From NCBI RefSeq assembly GCF_020745735.1, contig NC_083409.1, positions 20,594,098 to 20,658,097 of the forward strand: a stretch of 64,000 nt of DNA. Direction: 5' to 3'. A model generated the notes under the pieces. It was given only the letters and a program-made list of their open reading frames with translations. It was not told the DNA's origin and ran no database searches. Shown here piece after piece: positions 48,780 through 60,470 of the stretch (position 1 is the stretch's first letter; each line of letters opens with the position of its first letter). Made by a program: the position numbers and the translations under genes. The DNA comes from Hemiscyllium ocellatum (lineage: Eukaryota).

Positions 48780-51510
48780 ATCTGAGGAAGGCAAAGACAG
48801 GATTAACTATGTCCAACTAAATCAAAGAAATCCCAACAAACAAGAGGATTGGGGTCATGTACTGACATGGATTGAGAACTGGTTGGCAGACAGGACAGGA
48901 AGAGCGAGTCTTTTTCTGAATGGCAGATATTTCCCAGTTGGGGTACCACAGGGATCAGTCCTTGGTACCCAGTTATTCATATTTAATAATAGAGTCAGAG
49001 TCAGAGCGACCCAAAAGGCCCAACGGATCATTGTGTCAAAAAACAACTCAATACTTCTCATCAATTTACCAGCATGAGGGAATTAGATGCGGTATGTGTT
49101 CAAGAAGGAATTAGATACAGTTCTTAAGATTAATGAGTTCAAAGAATGTGGGGAGCAAGCAGGAACAGGGGACAGTGTTGCCTGATCGGCCATGATCATA
49201 TTGAATGGTGGAGCAGGCCTGAGGGGCCGAATGGCCTACTGCTGCTCCTGTGTTTAATATTTCTCAGATAATGAAGGAATGTCTCTCGTCAGCTTGAGGC
49301 TGGAAGTCAGATGTGTGTGGAGGTGGAAGATGTGGCCATGGTGATTAATGAATGCAGGTCAGTGAGGTGGTTCAGAAGACACATGGGATAAACAGTTTTT
49401 CTTTTTCCATTGACAGAATGAGGGCATTGCTGGATCGGCAGCATTTATTGCCCATCCCTAATCTCCAGAGGGCATTTTAGAGTCAACTACATTGCTGGGG
49501 GTCTGGTGTCACATGGTAAAGATGACAGTTTCCTTCCCTAAAGGGCATTAGGAAATCAGATGGCTTTTTCCTGACAATCAACGATGGTTTCATGGTCATC
49601 TTAGATTCTTAATTCCAGATTTTTTTATTGAATTCAAATTCCACCATCTGCTGTGGCAGGATTCTAACCCGGGTCCCCAGAATATTATCTGGATCTCTGG
49701 ATTAACAGTTCAGCAATAATACTATTAGACCATCACCTCCCTTGTCTCCTTTTTGGTTGAGAGCGAAAGCAAGAAATTTGTTTATTCTGGAACTGTATAA
49801 AACCCCAGTTAGGGCGCAGTGAGAGAACAGTGTACTGTTCTGGTCACCACATTACAGGAAGGATATGTTCCCCCTAGTGATGGGGACAGTGGAGGATTTT
49901 GTCAGGAATGGGGAGTTTTAGCTTTGAGGAATGATTGGTTTGGCTGGGACTGTTTTCTTTGGAACAGAGAAGGCTGAGGGGAGATTTGATCAAGGCGTGT
50001 AAAATGATGAGGGCCGAGATGGAAATCAGTCCTTCCTGCCAATTCTATCAGCAGAGAGGGCAATAACCATGGGGAGAGATTGAAATGAATTGGGGACAGG
50101 GTTCGGGGGGAATTGAGGAGTAATTGTTTTCACCCAGAGGCTGATGGGATCTGGGACTCACTGTCTGAAAGGGTGGGAGAGGCAGAAACCCTCATCACAT
50201 TGATAAAACACTTCGATATTCACTTAGAACATCAAAACCTCCAGAGCTATGGAGCAAGAGCTAAAAAGTGGGATGGAGCTCGATCCCTCTTTAACAAACC
50301 TCGGATTACCCACAGATGAGGAGAACTTTATCCGAGAACATTGGAGCAGACTTGGATCCAAACATTTCAGGAAGGAGTCACATTGGGGTGTCTGTGTAGA
50401 ATGTTCCAGAATACATTTCAAACCTTGCTGCACACCACACTGGGCTGAGATCAAGGGTGAAGCTGCAAAGAGTCTCAGTGTCCCGGGGTCAGGCAGGGTC
50501 ACTGCTCCTAATGACCACATGCCTCCTGGAAGGTGAGAGTGCGCAGACAATGGGAGAGGTTCAGGATCAGGAGACTCTAACCTTAAAGAAAGACCTGCAT
50601 TTGTGTAGCACCTGTCCCCAACTCAGGATGTCCCAATGGCTCTTTCCAGCAGACTTTGCACAATGAGATCCCAAACACAGTATGATAATTAGCAGAGAAA
50701 TAGATTTTTAGTGATTTTTATTGGGGGATAAATATTGACCAGGACACCAGAAGGAACTGCCTGCTCTTCATCCAACAGTGCCATGGAATGGCACCTTTCA
50801 CATCCGAAAGACTCCCAGTTCAATCAAAAAAAAATGTTCCTTGAAAGTGAAGTTGCAGGTAGGTAGGGGAGTGACGAAGTAACTTGGGATGGTTTCCTTT
50901 ATTGGGCAGTGCATTGAGTATTGGAGTTGGGAACTGTTGTGGTTGTGTCAGACATTGGTTAGGTCACTTTTGGAATACGGTGTGTAATTCTGGTTTCCCT
51001 GCTGTAGGAAAAATATTGTGAACCTTAAAATGCTTCAGAAAAGTTTTATAAGGGTGTTGCCAAAGTTGGAGAGTTTGAGCTATCGGAGGAAGATGAATAG
51101 ACTGAGACTATTTTCCCTGGATTGTTGGAGGCTGAGGGGTGACCACACAGTGGTTTATAAAATCTTGAGGGGAATAGATATGGTGAATAGAGTAGATCTT
51201 TTCTTCAGAGTTGGGGAGTCCAGAACTAGAGGGCATAGATTGAACGTGACAGAAGAAAGATTTAAAAGGGACCTTAAGATGCAGTGTTTTCATGTAGAGG
51301 GTGGTGCATTTTTGGAATGAGCTGCCAGAGGGAGTGGTGGGGCTGGTATGATTACAATATTTAAAAAGCCATCTGGATGGGTATATGAATAGGAAGGGTT
51401 GAGAGCGACATGGGCCTCATGCTGGCAAATGGGACTAGATTAATTTAGGGTATCTGGTCAGGATGGATGACTTGGACTGAAGGGTCAGTTTCCGTGCTGT
51501 ACATCTCCAT
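48780..51510 (+). mobile_element. Cluster of CR1 3' fragments and SINE pieces in the J-C intron
   Basis: GVPQGSVLG, RLRGDHTVVYKIL motifs. Confidence 0.75.
50585..50830 (-). mobile_element. Deu-domain SINE (SacSINE1-like)
   Basis: ggataaatattgaccaggacacc...ctgctcttc...agtgccatgg. Confidence 0.65.
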
Positions 51511-51539
51511 AACTGTAATTGTATTTCAATCGAGCCCCT

Positions 51540-51715
51540 AACACCTCAGGCTCTCCCAAAGTCATTTACATTTTGTTCTAAAACAAGTCACTGTTGCAAT
51601 GTCAGGAAAGGGACAGCCAGTTTCTTCACAGCAAGATCCCACTAGAAGCAATGAGGTCAAAGAGCATTCTTCACGATGTTGGTCCACGGATAAATATTGT
51701 CCTGAACTCAACCCA
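51540..51715 (-). mobile_element. Deu-domain SINE fragment
   Basis: cacagcaagatcccac...ggataaatattg. Confidence 0.6.
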
Positions 51716-51849
51716 AAGAGAAAGGAATTTGGTTCAGTTGGATGGAAAATGAGAAAATGGAAGGTAAAGGAGAAGGTAGGATTGCTGGTTACGGATGGGA
51801 TTGATTGTTATCAGAAAATAAAAGGAAGGGATACAATTTTTGAGTATTA

Positions 51850-54800
51850 AAGGAACCGTAAAAGTGCAGGGAAAATCAATGATAGAACAAACTTAAAGGG
51901 TTTGTATCTAAATGCACGAAGCATTCCGAGTAAGGTAGACAAAGTGATGCCATAAATCGAGGTAAATTGAGTTTCCAAGGAATTTAAACTAGTTAAAGTG
52001 GAGGAGGGCTCCAGAGAGGTTATTCAAGTTTCTATAAGACATACTACAACAGAGAGTACAGAAAGGAACAAGAGTCGAGCATCAAGCACAGCAGATAAGA
52101 GGATAATGATGAGAAGGAAGGCAGTCAATGCAGGGCTGAATGTGTTGTACATAAAAGCACACAGTATACGCAATGAGCTGGTAGTGCAGATTGAATCTGG
52201 CAGGTACGATGTCGTGGGTATCACAGAGACATGGATGTAAGGGGATCTGGGCTGGGAACTAAATATCCAAGAATACATGTCCTATGAAAAGGAGAGGTAG
52301 ATGGGTTGACGGGCAAGAGTTGCCTTGTTAGTACGAAATTAAATTAAATCAAAGCAAGAAGTGATTTTGAGTCAGAAGGTGTAGAATCTGTGTGGGTAGA
52401 GTTGAGGAACCGCCAGAAATGAAGAATCTGATGCAAGTTATGTCCAGGTCTCCAAGCAGTAATCAGGGTGTGGGGAAGGAAATCAATCAGGAGACAGAAA
52501 AGCCGCATACAAAATGTCAGGGCAGACTTCAATGGATAGGTGGACTGGGTAGCGCGTCTCAAGATAAAAATTTCATGGATGTCTACGAGATGGTTTTTGG
52601 AGCAGCTTGTGGTTGAGCCATTATGGAACAGGCAGGTCTGGATTCAGTTATGTGGAATGAGGCAAACTTAATTAATGAGCTGAAGGTTAAAGTATCCCTC
52701 TGGATAAGTGACCATAATATGATAGAAATCCGGCTGTAGTTTGAGAGGGAGAAGCTGCAATCAGATGGATCAGTATTTCAGTTGAGTAAAGGTAACGACA
52801 AAGACATGAGGAAGGAGCTGGCCAGAGTTGATTGGAAGGGGAGCCACGCAGGTAAAATGGTGGGGCAGCAAACAGCAGAGTTTCTGGTGGTAATTCAGGA
52901 AGCAGAGTAGGAATTCATCCCAAAAAAGAAGAAACATACTAAGGGGAGGACAAGGCAACCATGGCTGGTGAGGGAAGTCACGGACAGCATAAAAGCAAAA
53001 GAAAAAAACACGCAATGTGATAGAGAAAAGTGGGAAGCCAGAGGGTTAAAAGCCTTTAAAAACCTGGAGAGGATAAATAAAAAAGCATTAAAGGTGGAGA
53101 GGGGGAAATGTGGGGGTAAGTTAGCCAGTAATACAAAAGAAGATTGCACGAGTTTTATCAGATGTATAAAAAGCAAGAGGAAGACAAAAATAGACATTGG
53201 ATCGCCGGAAAATGAGGCTGGAGAAAGTATTATAGGAAGTGAAGAAATAGCAGAGGAATTGAATCAAAGCTGAAAGGTTGAATGTGGATAAATCACCCAG
53301 ACTAGATGAACTACATGAGTGTGTTCTGAAGGAGATCACTGAGTAAATTATGGAGGTATTGGAGATGATCTTTCAGGAATCAATGGAGTCAGGGTATGAC
53401 AGTGTGGTGGGCAGGGATTTGATGGGGGCAAGGGACTGGAAAGTGGCTCACATAGCAGCCCTGTTTAAGAAGGAAGGGAGGGAGGGAGGGAGAAGATGGG
53501 AAATTATTGGCCAGTTAGCCTGGACTCAGTTGTTGGTAAGGGTTTAGACTTCAATTTAAGGATGAAATTGCAGAGGACTTGGAGGTGCAAGTGTAAACTA
53601 GGGCTTCATCAAGGGGAGGTCATGCCTGGCAAATCTGTTAGAATTCTTTGAGAACGCAATGAGCCATTCACACAAAGGAGAGTCAAAGGAAGTAATGTAT
53701 TTGGATTTCTAGAAGGCTTTTGACATTAGATAAGAGCATAAAGTGTGAGGGCCGAGGCACTGGCATGGACTGAGGACTGGCAGGTTGGCATAAAGCAGAG
53801 AGTGAGGACAAATGGCCGTTGGTGACTGGTAGAGTCATGTAGGGGTCAATATTGGGACCTTAATATTCACGTTATACATTAACAATCTGGATGAAGGAAG
53901 TGAAGACATTGTTGCTAAGTTTGCAGGTGACATGAGATAGGTGGAGGGACAGATAGTGTTGAGGAAGTGGGAAGGCTCTAAAAGGTCCTGGATCGACTCG
54001 GAGAGTGGGCAAAGAAGTGGCAGATAGAATATAATGTGTGACAGTATGAGGGTATGCACTTTGGGAGGAAGAAGAGATGCAAAGACTGTTTACTAAATAA
54101 GAAAAGCTTTTGGAAATCTAAAGCACGAACCTCATTCAGGTTTCTCTTCAGGTTAACAGGCAGGTCCAGTTTGTGCTTGGGAAGGCAAATGAAATGATAG
54201 CATTCATTTCAATAGGGCCAGAATACAAGAGCAGAGATGTACTGCTGAGGCTGTGTAAGGCTCTGGTCAGACTGCATTTGGAATATTGTGGACAGATTTT
54301 GGATCCATATTCTAAGAAACCATGGGCTGGCATTGGAGGGGTTTACAAGAATGATCCAGGCGATGAAGGACTTATCATATCAGGCGTGCTCGGGGACTCT
54401 GGGTCTGTACTCGCTGGAGTTTAGAAGGATGAGGAGGGATCTTATTGAAATTTACAGAATACTGATAGGCCTTTTTAGAGTGGATGGGGAGAAGATGTTT
54501 CCAAAAACAGGAGAGACTCGGTAACTAAGGCACAGCCTCAGAATGAAGGGCCAGCCCTTTCGAGCTGAAATGAGGAGGAATTTCTTCAGCCAGAGGGTGG
54601 TGAATCTGTGGAACTCATTGTTACAGAGGGCAGTGGAAGCCAAGTCACTGAGTGTATTTAAGACAGAGATAGATAGGTTCGTGAGAGTTAAGGGGATCGA
54701 ACGTTCCTGTGGAGTAGGCAGGAGAATGGGGTTGAGAAGCATATCTGCCAAGATCAAATGGCAGAGCAGATTCAATGGGCTGAATGGCTGATTTCTGCTC
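51850..54800 (+). mobile_element. CR1-type LINE, endonuclease to 3' end, decayed
   Basis: LNARSI / YDVVGITETW endonuclease motifs, RT motifs, CR1 tail. Confidence 0.9.
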
Positions 54801-54829
54801 CTATTTCTTAAAGTCTTCTGGAGAGTTTC

Positions 54830-57280
54830 CCCAAAACCCTGGAACACTGAACCCAGTGGACTGTGAGCCCTACTGGAGCTGTTTGTCATCAGAACTTTGC
54901 CAAGAGATGATCAAAGGGTGAAGAGAGTGTGCATTTAGGTGGGAACTTCAGAATGCTTCCTAGCTCCTGGAATACCATAAGTGCAGGAAATGTGGTCAGT
55001 GACAGCAGTTGGAACTCCGGGTTCCGGAGCTTGACCAGTAGCTGGTGTCAGTGCGGAGCGTCCGTGAGGCTGAGAGCTCCGTGGAGAACATGTTTCTATA
55101 CGTGGTCACTCTACAGTTTCAGAATATGCAGGGAGAGAGGGAATGGGGGAGCAATAGACAGTCCAAAAGGACCAGGCAGGTAGTAGAGGAATCCCCTGAG
55201 TGCATCACACACTCCAACTGGGATTCAGTTCAGAATCCTGATGAGAATGATGATTCATCTCTGATGTGCAGCCAGAGCCAAGTCCCTGGCACCAAGGTGG
55301 AGGGTTCCGCTGTACGGGGGGGCACAAGGAAGAAGGATAGCGAGAGGAGATTCAAGAGTGAGGGCAATCGATAGGTGTTTCTGCAGTTATAGATGGGAAT
55401 CCAGGATGGTGTGTTGTCCCTCTGGTGCCAGGGTCAAGGATGTCTCTGAGCGGCTGCAGAGCACCCTGAGGGGAGAGGGGGAACAGTCAGCAGTCATGGT
55501 CAACATCAGTGCCAATGACAGAGGGAGGAAAGGGATGTGGTCCTGCATTCAGAATTTAGGGGGCTCTGGAGGGAATGAGCACTGGGAGCTCAAAAGTTGG
55601 AATCTCCGGATTGCTCCCAGTGCCCGATCCAAGTGAGAATAGGAACAGGAGGATAACACAGGTGAATGTGAAGCTTGAAAGAGGATCCAGGTTGGAGGAC
55701 TTTAGATTCTTGGGACATTGAGACGGGGTCTGGGGGAGATGGGACCTGGACAGACCAGACAGTGTTGTTCCTGAACCGAGCTGGGACTGAGTTCCTTTGG
55801 GGTGATTTACTAGTGCTGTTGGCGAGGGTTTAAACTAACTTGGCAGGTCTGTGGGAGCCAGGAGGGAATAACAGAGAGGAACACCAAGGACCACAGAATC
55901 TTCACTGCAGTCAATAAGTCACCACCCAATGGGAAGGATGCAGAGGAATACAAATGCAAGGAATTTGCAGATACTTGCAAATGCGATAGAGTCATTATAA
56001 ATGGCTCTTTAATTTTTGAATATAGACTGGGGTAATAGCAATGTAACAGGCAGGAGGGGCCAGAATTGTGAAAGTATGTTCAGATAAATTTTCAGGTGGC
56101 ATTGTGGCCAGTGAAGAAGGCTGTCTAAGAGTACAATGGGATCTTGACCAACTGGGCCAGTGGGCTGAGGAATAGCAGATGGAGTTTAATTCAATAAATG
56201 TGAGTGCTGTACTTTGCAAAGCCAAACCAGGGCAGGACTATTACGGTTAATGGTAGGGACCCGTGGAGTGTTGCTCAACAAAGCAACATGGGCGGCACGG
56301 TGGCACAGTGGTTAACACTGCTGTCTCACAGCGCCTGAGACCCGGGTTCAATTCCCGACTCAGGCGACTGACTGTGTGGAGTTTGCACGTTCTCCCCGTG
56401 TCTGCGTGGGTTTCCTCCCACAGTCCAAAGATGTGCTGGTCAGGTGAATTGGCCATGCGAAATTGCCCGTAGTGTTAGGTAAGGGGCAAATGTAGGGTAT
56501 GGGTGGGTTGCGCTTCGGCAGGTCGGTGTGGACTTGTTGGGCCGAAGGGCCTGTTTCCGCACTGTAAGTAATCTAATCTAAAGAGAGCGAGGGGTGAAGG
56601 TGCAGGTGCATTATTCCTTGACAGTGGAGTCACAGGTAGACAGGGAGATGAAGAAGGTGTTGGGTATGCTTATTTTTATTGGTCACTGCATTGAGTATAG
56701 GAGTTGTGACATCATGTTGCAGCTGTACAGCAGTTGGTGAGGCCACTTTCGGAATAATGTGAACAATTCTGATCATCCTGAGATAGGAAGGATGTTGTTA
56801 AACTTAAAAGGCAGCGGAAAAGATTTACAAGGATGTGGCCAGGAATTGGAGAGTTTCAGCTTGTCGGGAGAGGCTGAAGAAATGGGCCTATTTTCCCTGC
56901 AGCGTCTAAGGCCTCGGGGTGACCTTATGGATGTGCAGAAAATCATGAAGGGCATGGACAAGGTGTATATCCAAGGTCTTTTCCTTGGTTAGGGGAGTCC
57001 AAAACAAGAGGGCATAGGTTTAAGGTGAGAGGCAAAAGATTCAAAAGGGACCCGAGCGGTAACTTGTCACACAGAGGGTGGTATGTGTCTGGATCGAGCT
57101 GCTAGAGAAAGCGTCGGAGGCGGATAAAATTACAACATTGGGATGGGAACATGGATAGGAAGGGTTTAGAGGGATGTAAGCCAAATGCTGGCAAATGGGA
57201 TGAGGTCATTTAGGAGATCTGGTTAACTCAGGCAAGTTGGACTGTAATGTCTGTTTCCACGCTGTATGACTCCATGACTA
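54830..57280 (+). mobile_element. CR1-type LINE retaining ORF1 esterase, with a large internal ORF2 deletion
   Basis: RMVCCPSGARVKDVSERLQSTLRGEGEQSAVMVNISAND (SGNH-esterase-like); jump from endonuclease to RT C-terminus near 56095. Confidence 0.82.
56290..56580 (+). mobile_element. HE1-type SINE, young, nested in a CR1
   Basis: Near-identical to 23252 copy; interrupts CR1 RT sequence. Confidence 0.9.
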
Positions 57281-57900
57281 TGAGGGGCTGGAAAAGCTGA
57301 GACTGTTTTCCCTCAAGTGTAAGAGTCTGAGGGGTGACAATACAGAGGTTAATAAAATCATGAGGGACATAGATAATGTGAATCATTCAGGAAGCAGGTG
57401 AAATTTTGTAGAAATGGCAAAAAATGTTCCCAAAGATCATTCCAGGGGTGAGGAATATCAGTTATTAAGATAGTTTGGAGAATTTGGGACTGACTTCTTT
57501 GGAGAAGGCTGAGAGGAGATTTCTTCGAGGAATTAAAATCCGGAGGGGCCTGGATACAGTAAATTGGAAGAAAATGTTCCCAATTGAGAAAGGATTGAGA
57601 CTGAGAGACCACAGATTGAAGGCAATTGGGAAAAGTCACAAAAGTGAGATGGGGAACAACATTTTGGCCAGTGAGTGGTTAAGGTGTGGAGTGCACTGCC
57701 TGATAGTGTGGTGGAGGCAACTTCAATTAAAACATTCCGAAGGGAATGAGACTGATATTTGAAAAGCAACAATGTTCAGGGTGACAGGGAGGAGGCAGGA
57801 GAATGACACTCAGTGAATTGCTCATTCGGAGAGCCAGTTCAGACAGGATGGGCAGAATGGCCTCCTCGTGCAATGTGACAATTCTGTGATTATGTGATTG
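57280..57900 (+). mobile_element. CR1 3' fragments
   Basis: RT C-terminal and tail sequence. Confidence 0.7.
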
Positions 57901-58316
57901 AGCAGAGTTAAAGCTGGGGGAGGTAGGAGCTCGGTGTCTTACTGTGCTGCTGCTGAGGTCAGTGGGATCAGAGACTGGGACAGGGAGCCAGAGCTCACAT
58001 TAAAATCTGCCCTGTGTCTGTCACACGGAGAGTGGCAGGAGGCTACTCACTGATTTCATTCCATGCTGCAGGAATGGGACCACAGGCTGCAAATGGACAG
58101 AGCTCCTCCACACGGTGAGTAAAACTTACTGACTTATATCTTGCTTTTTAATGGGGTTATAGGACTAAAGAAATACAGGTGTACACCGTATGGGATGCAG
58201 TGTTCCTCAATCAAACATTTCCATCACTGCAACACTTCAACAATTCAGTATTTGTGTTTTATAAATTGTATTTCAGTATTGACAGGGTTAATAACAGAGG
58301 ATTGAGGTTTACTTAC

Positions 58317-58351
58317 TCAGTCTGAGCTTGGTTCCATTACAGAACGTAAGC
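58317..58351 (-). pseudogene. Ig light-chain J segment (LTFCNGTKLRL), FGxG motif altered
   Basis: 35 bp between heptamer and gtaagt donor; FCNG in place of FGxG. Confidence 0.92.
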
Positions 58352-58390
58352 CACAGTGAGAGCTCCCAGTGCAGAGGCTGTACAAAAACC
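58352..58390 (-). other. J recombination signal sequence, 23-bp spacer, perfect consensus
   Basis: + strand CACAGTG (58352-58358), 23 bp, ACAAAAACC (58382-58390). Confidence 0.97.
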
Positions 58391-58784
58391 TCAGCTCTCT
58401 GCTTCCCTCCATCACTCTCAACCGCTCCTTCTCTCTCTCTCTGTCTCTTACTTAGTCTCACCCTCTCCCTGCCCTCCCTCTGTCTCTCTCGGTAGTGTTC
58501 AGCTGGGCTTGTGCAGTTTGTGAACTTTATTTTTCGATGTTAAATCTTGCAGCTGCCCTTCACATGTGGCCATGGAATGCAAGAGGGAAACTTGAGGCCT
58601 TCAGTGAGCGGTGGACACCACAGGGACTGGAGTGTGTCATGTACAGTGACAATCCCGGTATGGGGTAATTTGTTCAATTTCATTTACATATAACTGTGGA
58701 TGTGTCAGTGCAGGAGGTGGAACTGTGTATATGTCACAAAAATGTGGAATGTGGTAGTACAGGTGGTGGTGCTGTGCATATTGA

Positions 58785-58812
58785 GATTTTTGGATGGCTC
58801 TGTATCACCGTT
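58785..58812 (-). other. V recombination signal sequence, 12-bp spacer, degenerate
   Basis: - strand AACGGTG / ATACAGAGCCAT / CCAAAAATC; two mismatches each in heptamer and nonamer, including the first C of CAC. Confidence 0.88.
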
Positions 58813-59100
58813 AAGGCCAGCTGTAATGCTGCTGACAGTCATAGTCAGCAACATTCTCATTCTGAATGTTGCTGATTGTCAGGGTGAAACTGGTCCCTGA
58901 TCCACTGCCGGTGAATTGCTCGGAGACTCCTGTGAGTTGAGTTGCTGCATTGTAGATCGGGAGAGAGGGTTTCTGACCTTCTCGCTACTGGTACCAAGCA
59001 AGGTAGCTGCTCATGGCCGTACAGATGATGGTTACGGTTTGTCCCAGTCCGACTGACAGCAGTGGGGGAGACTGGGTCATGATGATGTCCTCACTGATAC
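58813..59100 (-). pseudogene. Ig light-chain V exon, type I/NS5 class, premature stop
   Basis: [48 protein letters not shown]...[34 protein letters not shown]; TAG at 58985-58987; CDR1 about 3 codons short; ccctcag acceptor. Confidence 0.95.
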
Positions 59101-59286
59101 CTGAGGGCTCAGAGAGAAACACAGTGAAGTCAGAACTTTCACAGAAAGAGCCTGTCAAATGAGAGATTGTTGGAGACACTGAGCATTCCTCTGGTTTCAG
59201 CATTTTCCCTTCAATCACAAGTCAGTGGAATTGGAGTGAAATGGAGAGCAGCGAAAGATTCAAGGTGGAAGGAGAGAGATTTGTAC

Positions 59287-59335
59287 CTGCGACACAGAAT
59301 TCCAGGGGCCAGATCAGCTGGATGTGCGAAATCAT
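59287..59335 (-). pseudogene. Ig light-chain leader exon (MISHIQLIWPLEFCVAG)
   Basis: ATG at 59335, 49 bp, gtacaa donor in phase 1 matching V acceptor; 186-bp intron. Confidence 0.9.
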
Positions 59336-59395
59336 GGTGTGTGCTCCTGTCCCTGTGCCTGGTACCTGATAAACTCTCCCTTCACTGGGCTCTGC

Positions 59396-59492
59396 TTTAT
59401 AAAGCTGCAGCCTGTGAGAGTCTGACTGGGTGTTCCTCAGTATGTAAATGGCATCAGGCAGAGACAACCACGTCAGCCCCTCACACTTCCTC
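59396..59492 (-). promoter_or_regulatory. V-gene promoter: TATA, octamer variant, CRE-like and Ets/PU.1 motifs
   Basis: TTTATAAA 59396-59403; ATTTACAT 59442-59449 (consensus ATTTGCAT); TGACGTGG 59468-59475; GAGGAAGTG 59484-59492. Confidence 0.7.
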
Positions 59493-59519
59493 TTCTCTCT
59501 CTCTCTCTATCTCTATCTC

Positions 59520-60470
59520 TCTCTGTCTCAGAGAATCATTGATGTGGACAGCACTGAATGAGGCCAGTTGGCCCATTGTGTCTGTGCTGTTAAACAAAGA
59601 TCTGATGATCCTCCAGCTCTTGGCCCATTACCCTGGAGCCTACAGCAACACAAAGGAATATCTAAACACTGCTCCAATGTCACGAGAGTTTGTGACTCAA
59701 CCAGCCTTTCAAGCAGTGAGTTCCAGACTCCCACCACCCTCTGAGTGAAAACATTTCTCCCTAACTCTCCTCTCACTCTCCAACTCGATTGGGCCTGGAC
59801 TCAGAAGGATAAGAGGGGATCTGATTGAAATGTATAATATTCTAACAGGGCTGGGCAGGGAGGAGGTTTCCCCTGGTTGGAGAGTCTGGAACCGGGGGGT
59901 ACAGTCTCAGGGGGATATGGGGAAGACCATTTCAGACTGAGATGAGGAAACATTTCTTCATTCAGAGGATGGTCGATCTGTGGAATTATCTTCCAGTGAA
60001 GGTTATGGAGGACAAGGAACTCAATATATTCAAGAGAAAGAGAGAGATATTGGTTTTGCATTTTAACAGCATGAAGGGAATGGGGAGAAAGTAGGAAGGT
60101 GAATTCAAGAGAGAGGATCAGCCATGATCATACTGAATGACAGAACAGTTTCAAAGGGCCGAATGGCCTACTCCTGCCGCAGTTTTTTTGTGTCCATGTC
60201 TATTTTTCCTTCAATCTCTGTCCCTGGTTATTGAGTCCTTGACTCTTGTAAAAAGTGCCTTTCTACTCACCCTATCACTGCCCTGAATAATCTTATCCCC
60301 CTCTAACAGGTCCCCTCTCAGCCTTCACTGCTACAAGGAAAACAACCCCAACCTTTCCAATCCTTCCCCACAGCTGACCCTCCATCCCAGGCAGCATCCT
60401 GGTGAATCTCTGCACCCTCTCAAGTACAATCACATCCTTCCAAGAATGTTGTGACCAGGACTTGTCCCTC
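59520..60470. mobile_element. Three CR1 3' fragments upstream of the V promoter
   Basis: FTQRVVGVWNSL, HSWKDVIVLERVQRFTRMLPG. Confidence 0.75.

Noticed and set aside
59120-59150. CACAGTG in the leader-V intron as an extra RSS
   Set aside because: No nonamer at 12 or 23 bp; the same applies to the CACAGTG in HE1 heads.
59167-59748. 193-aa + strand ORF
   Set aside because: Antisense read-through of Ig leader, promoter, CT repeat and CR1.
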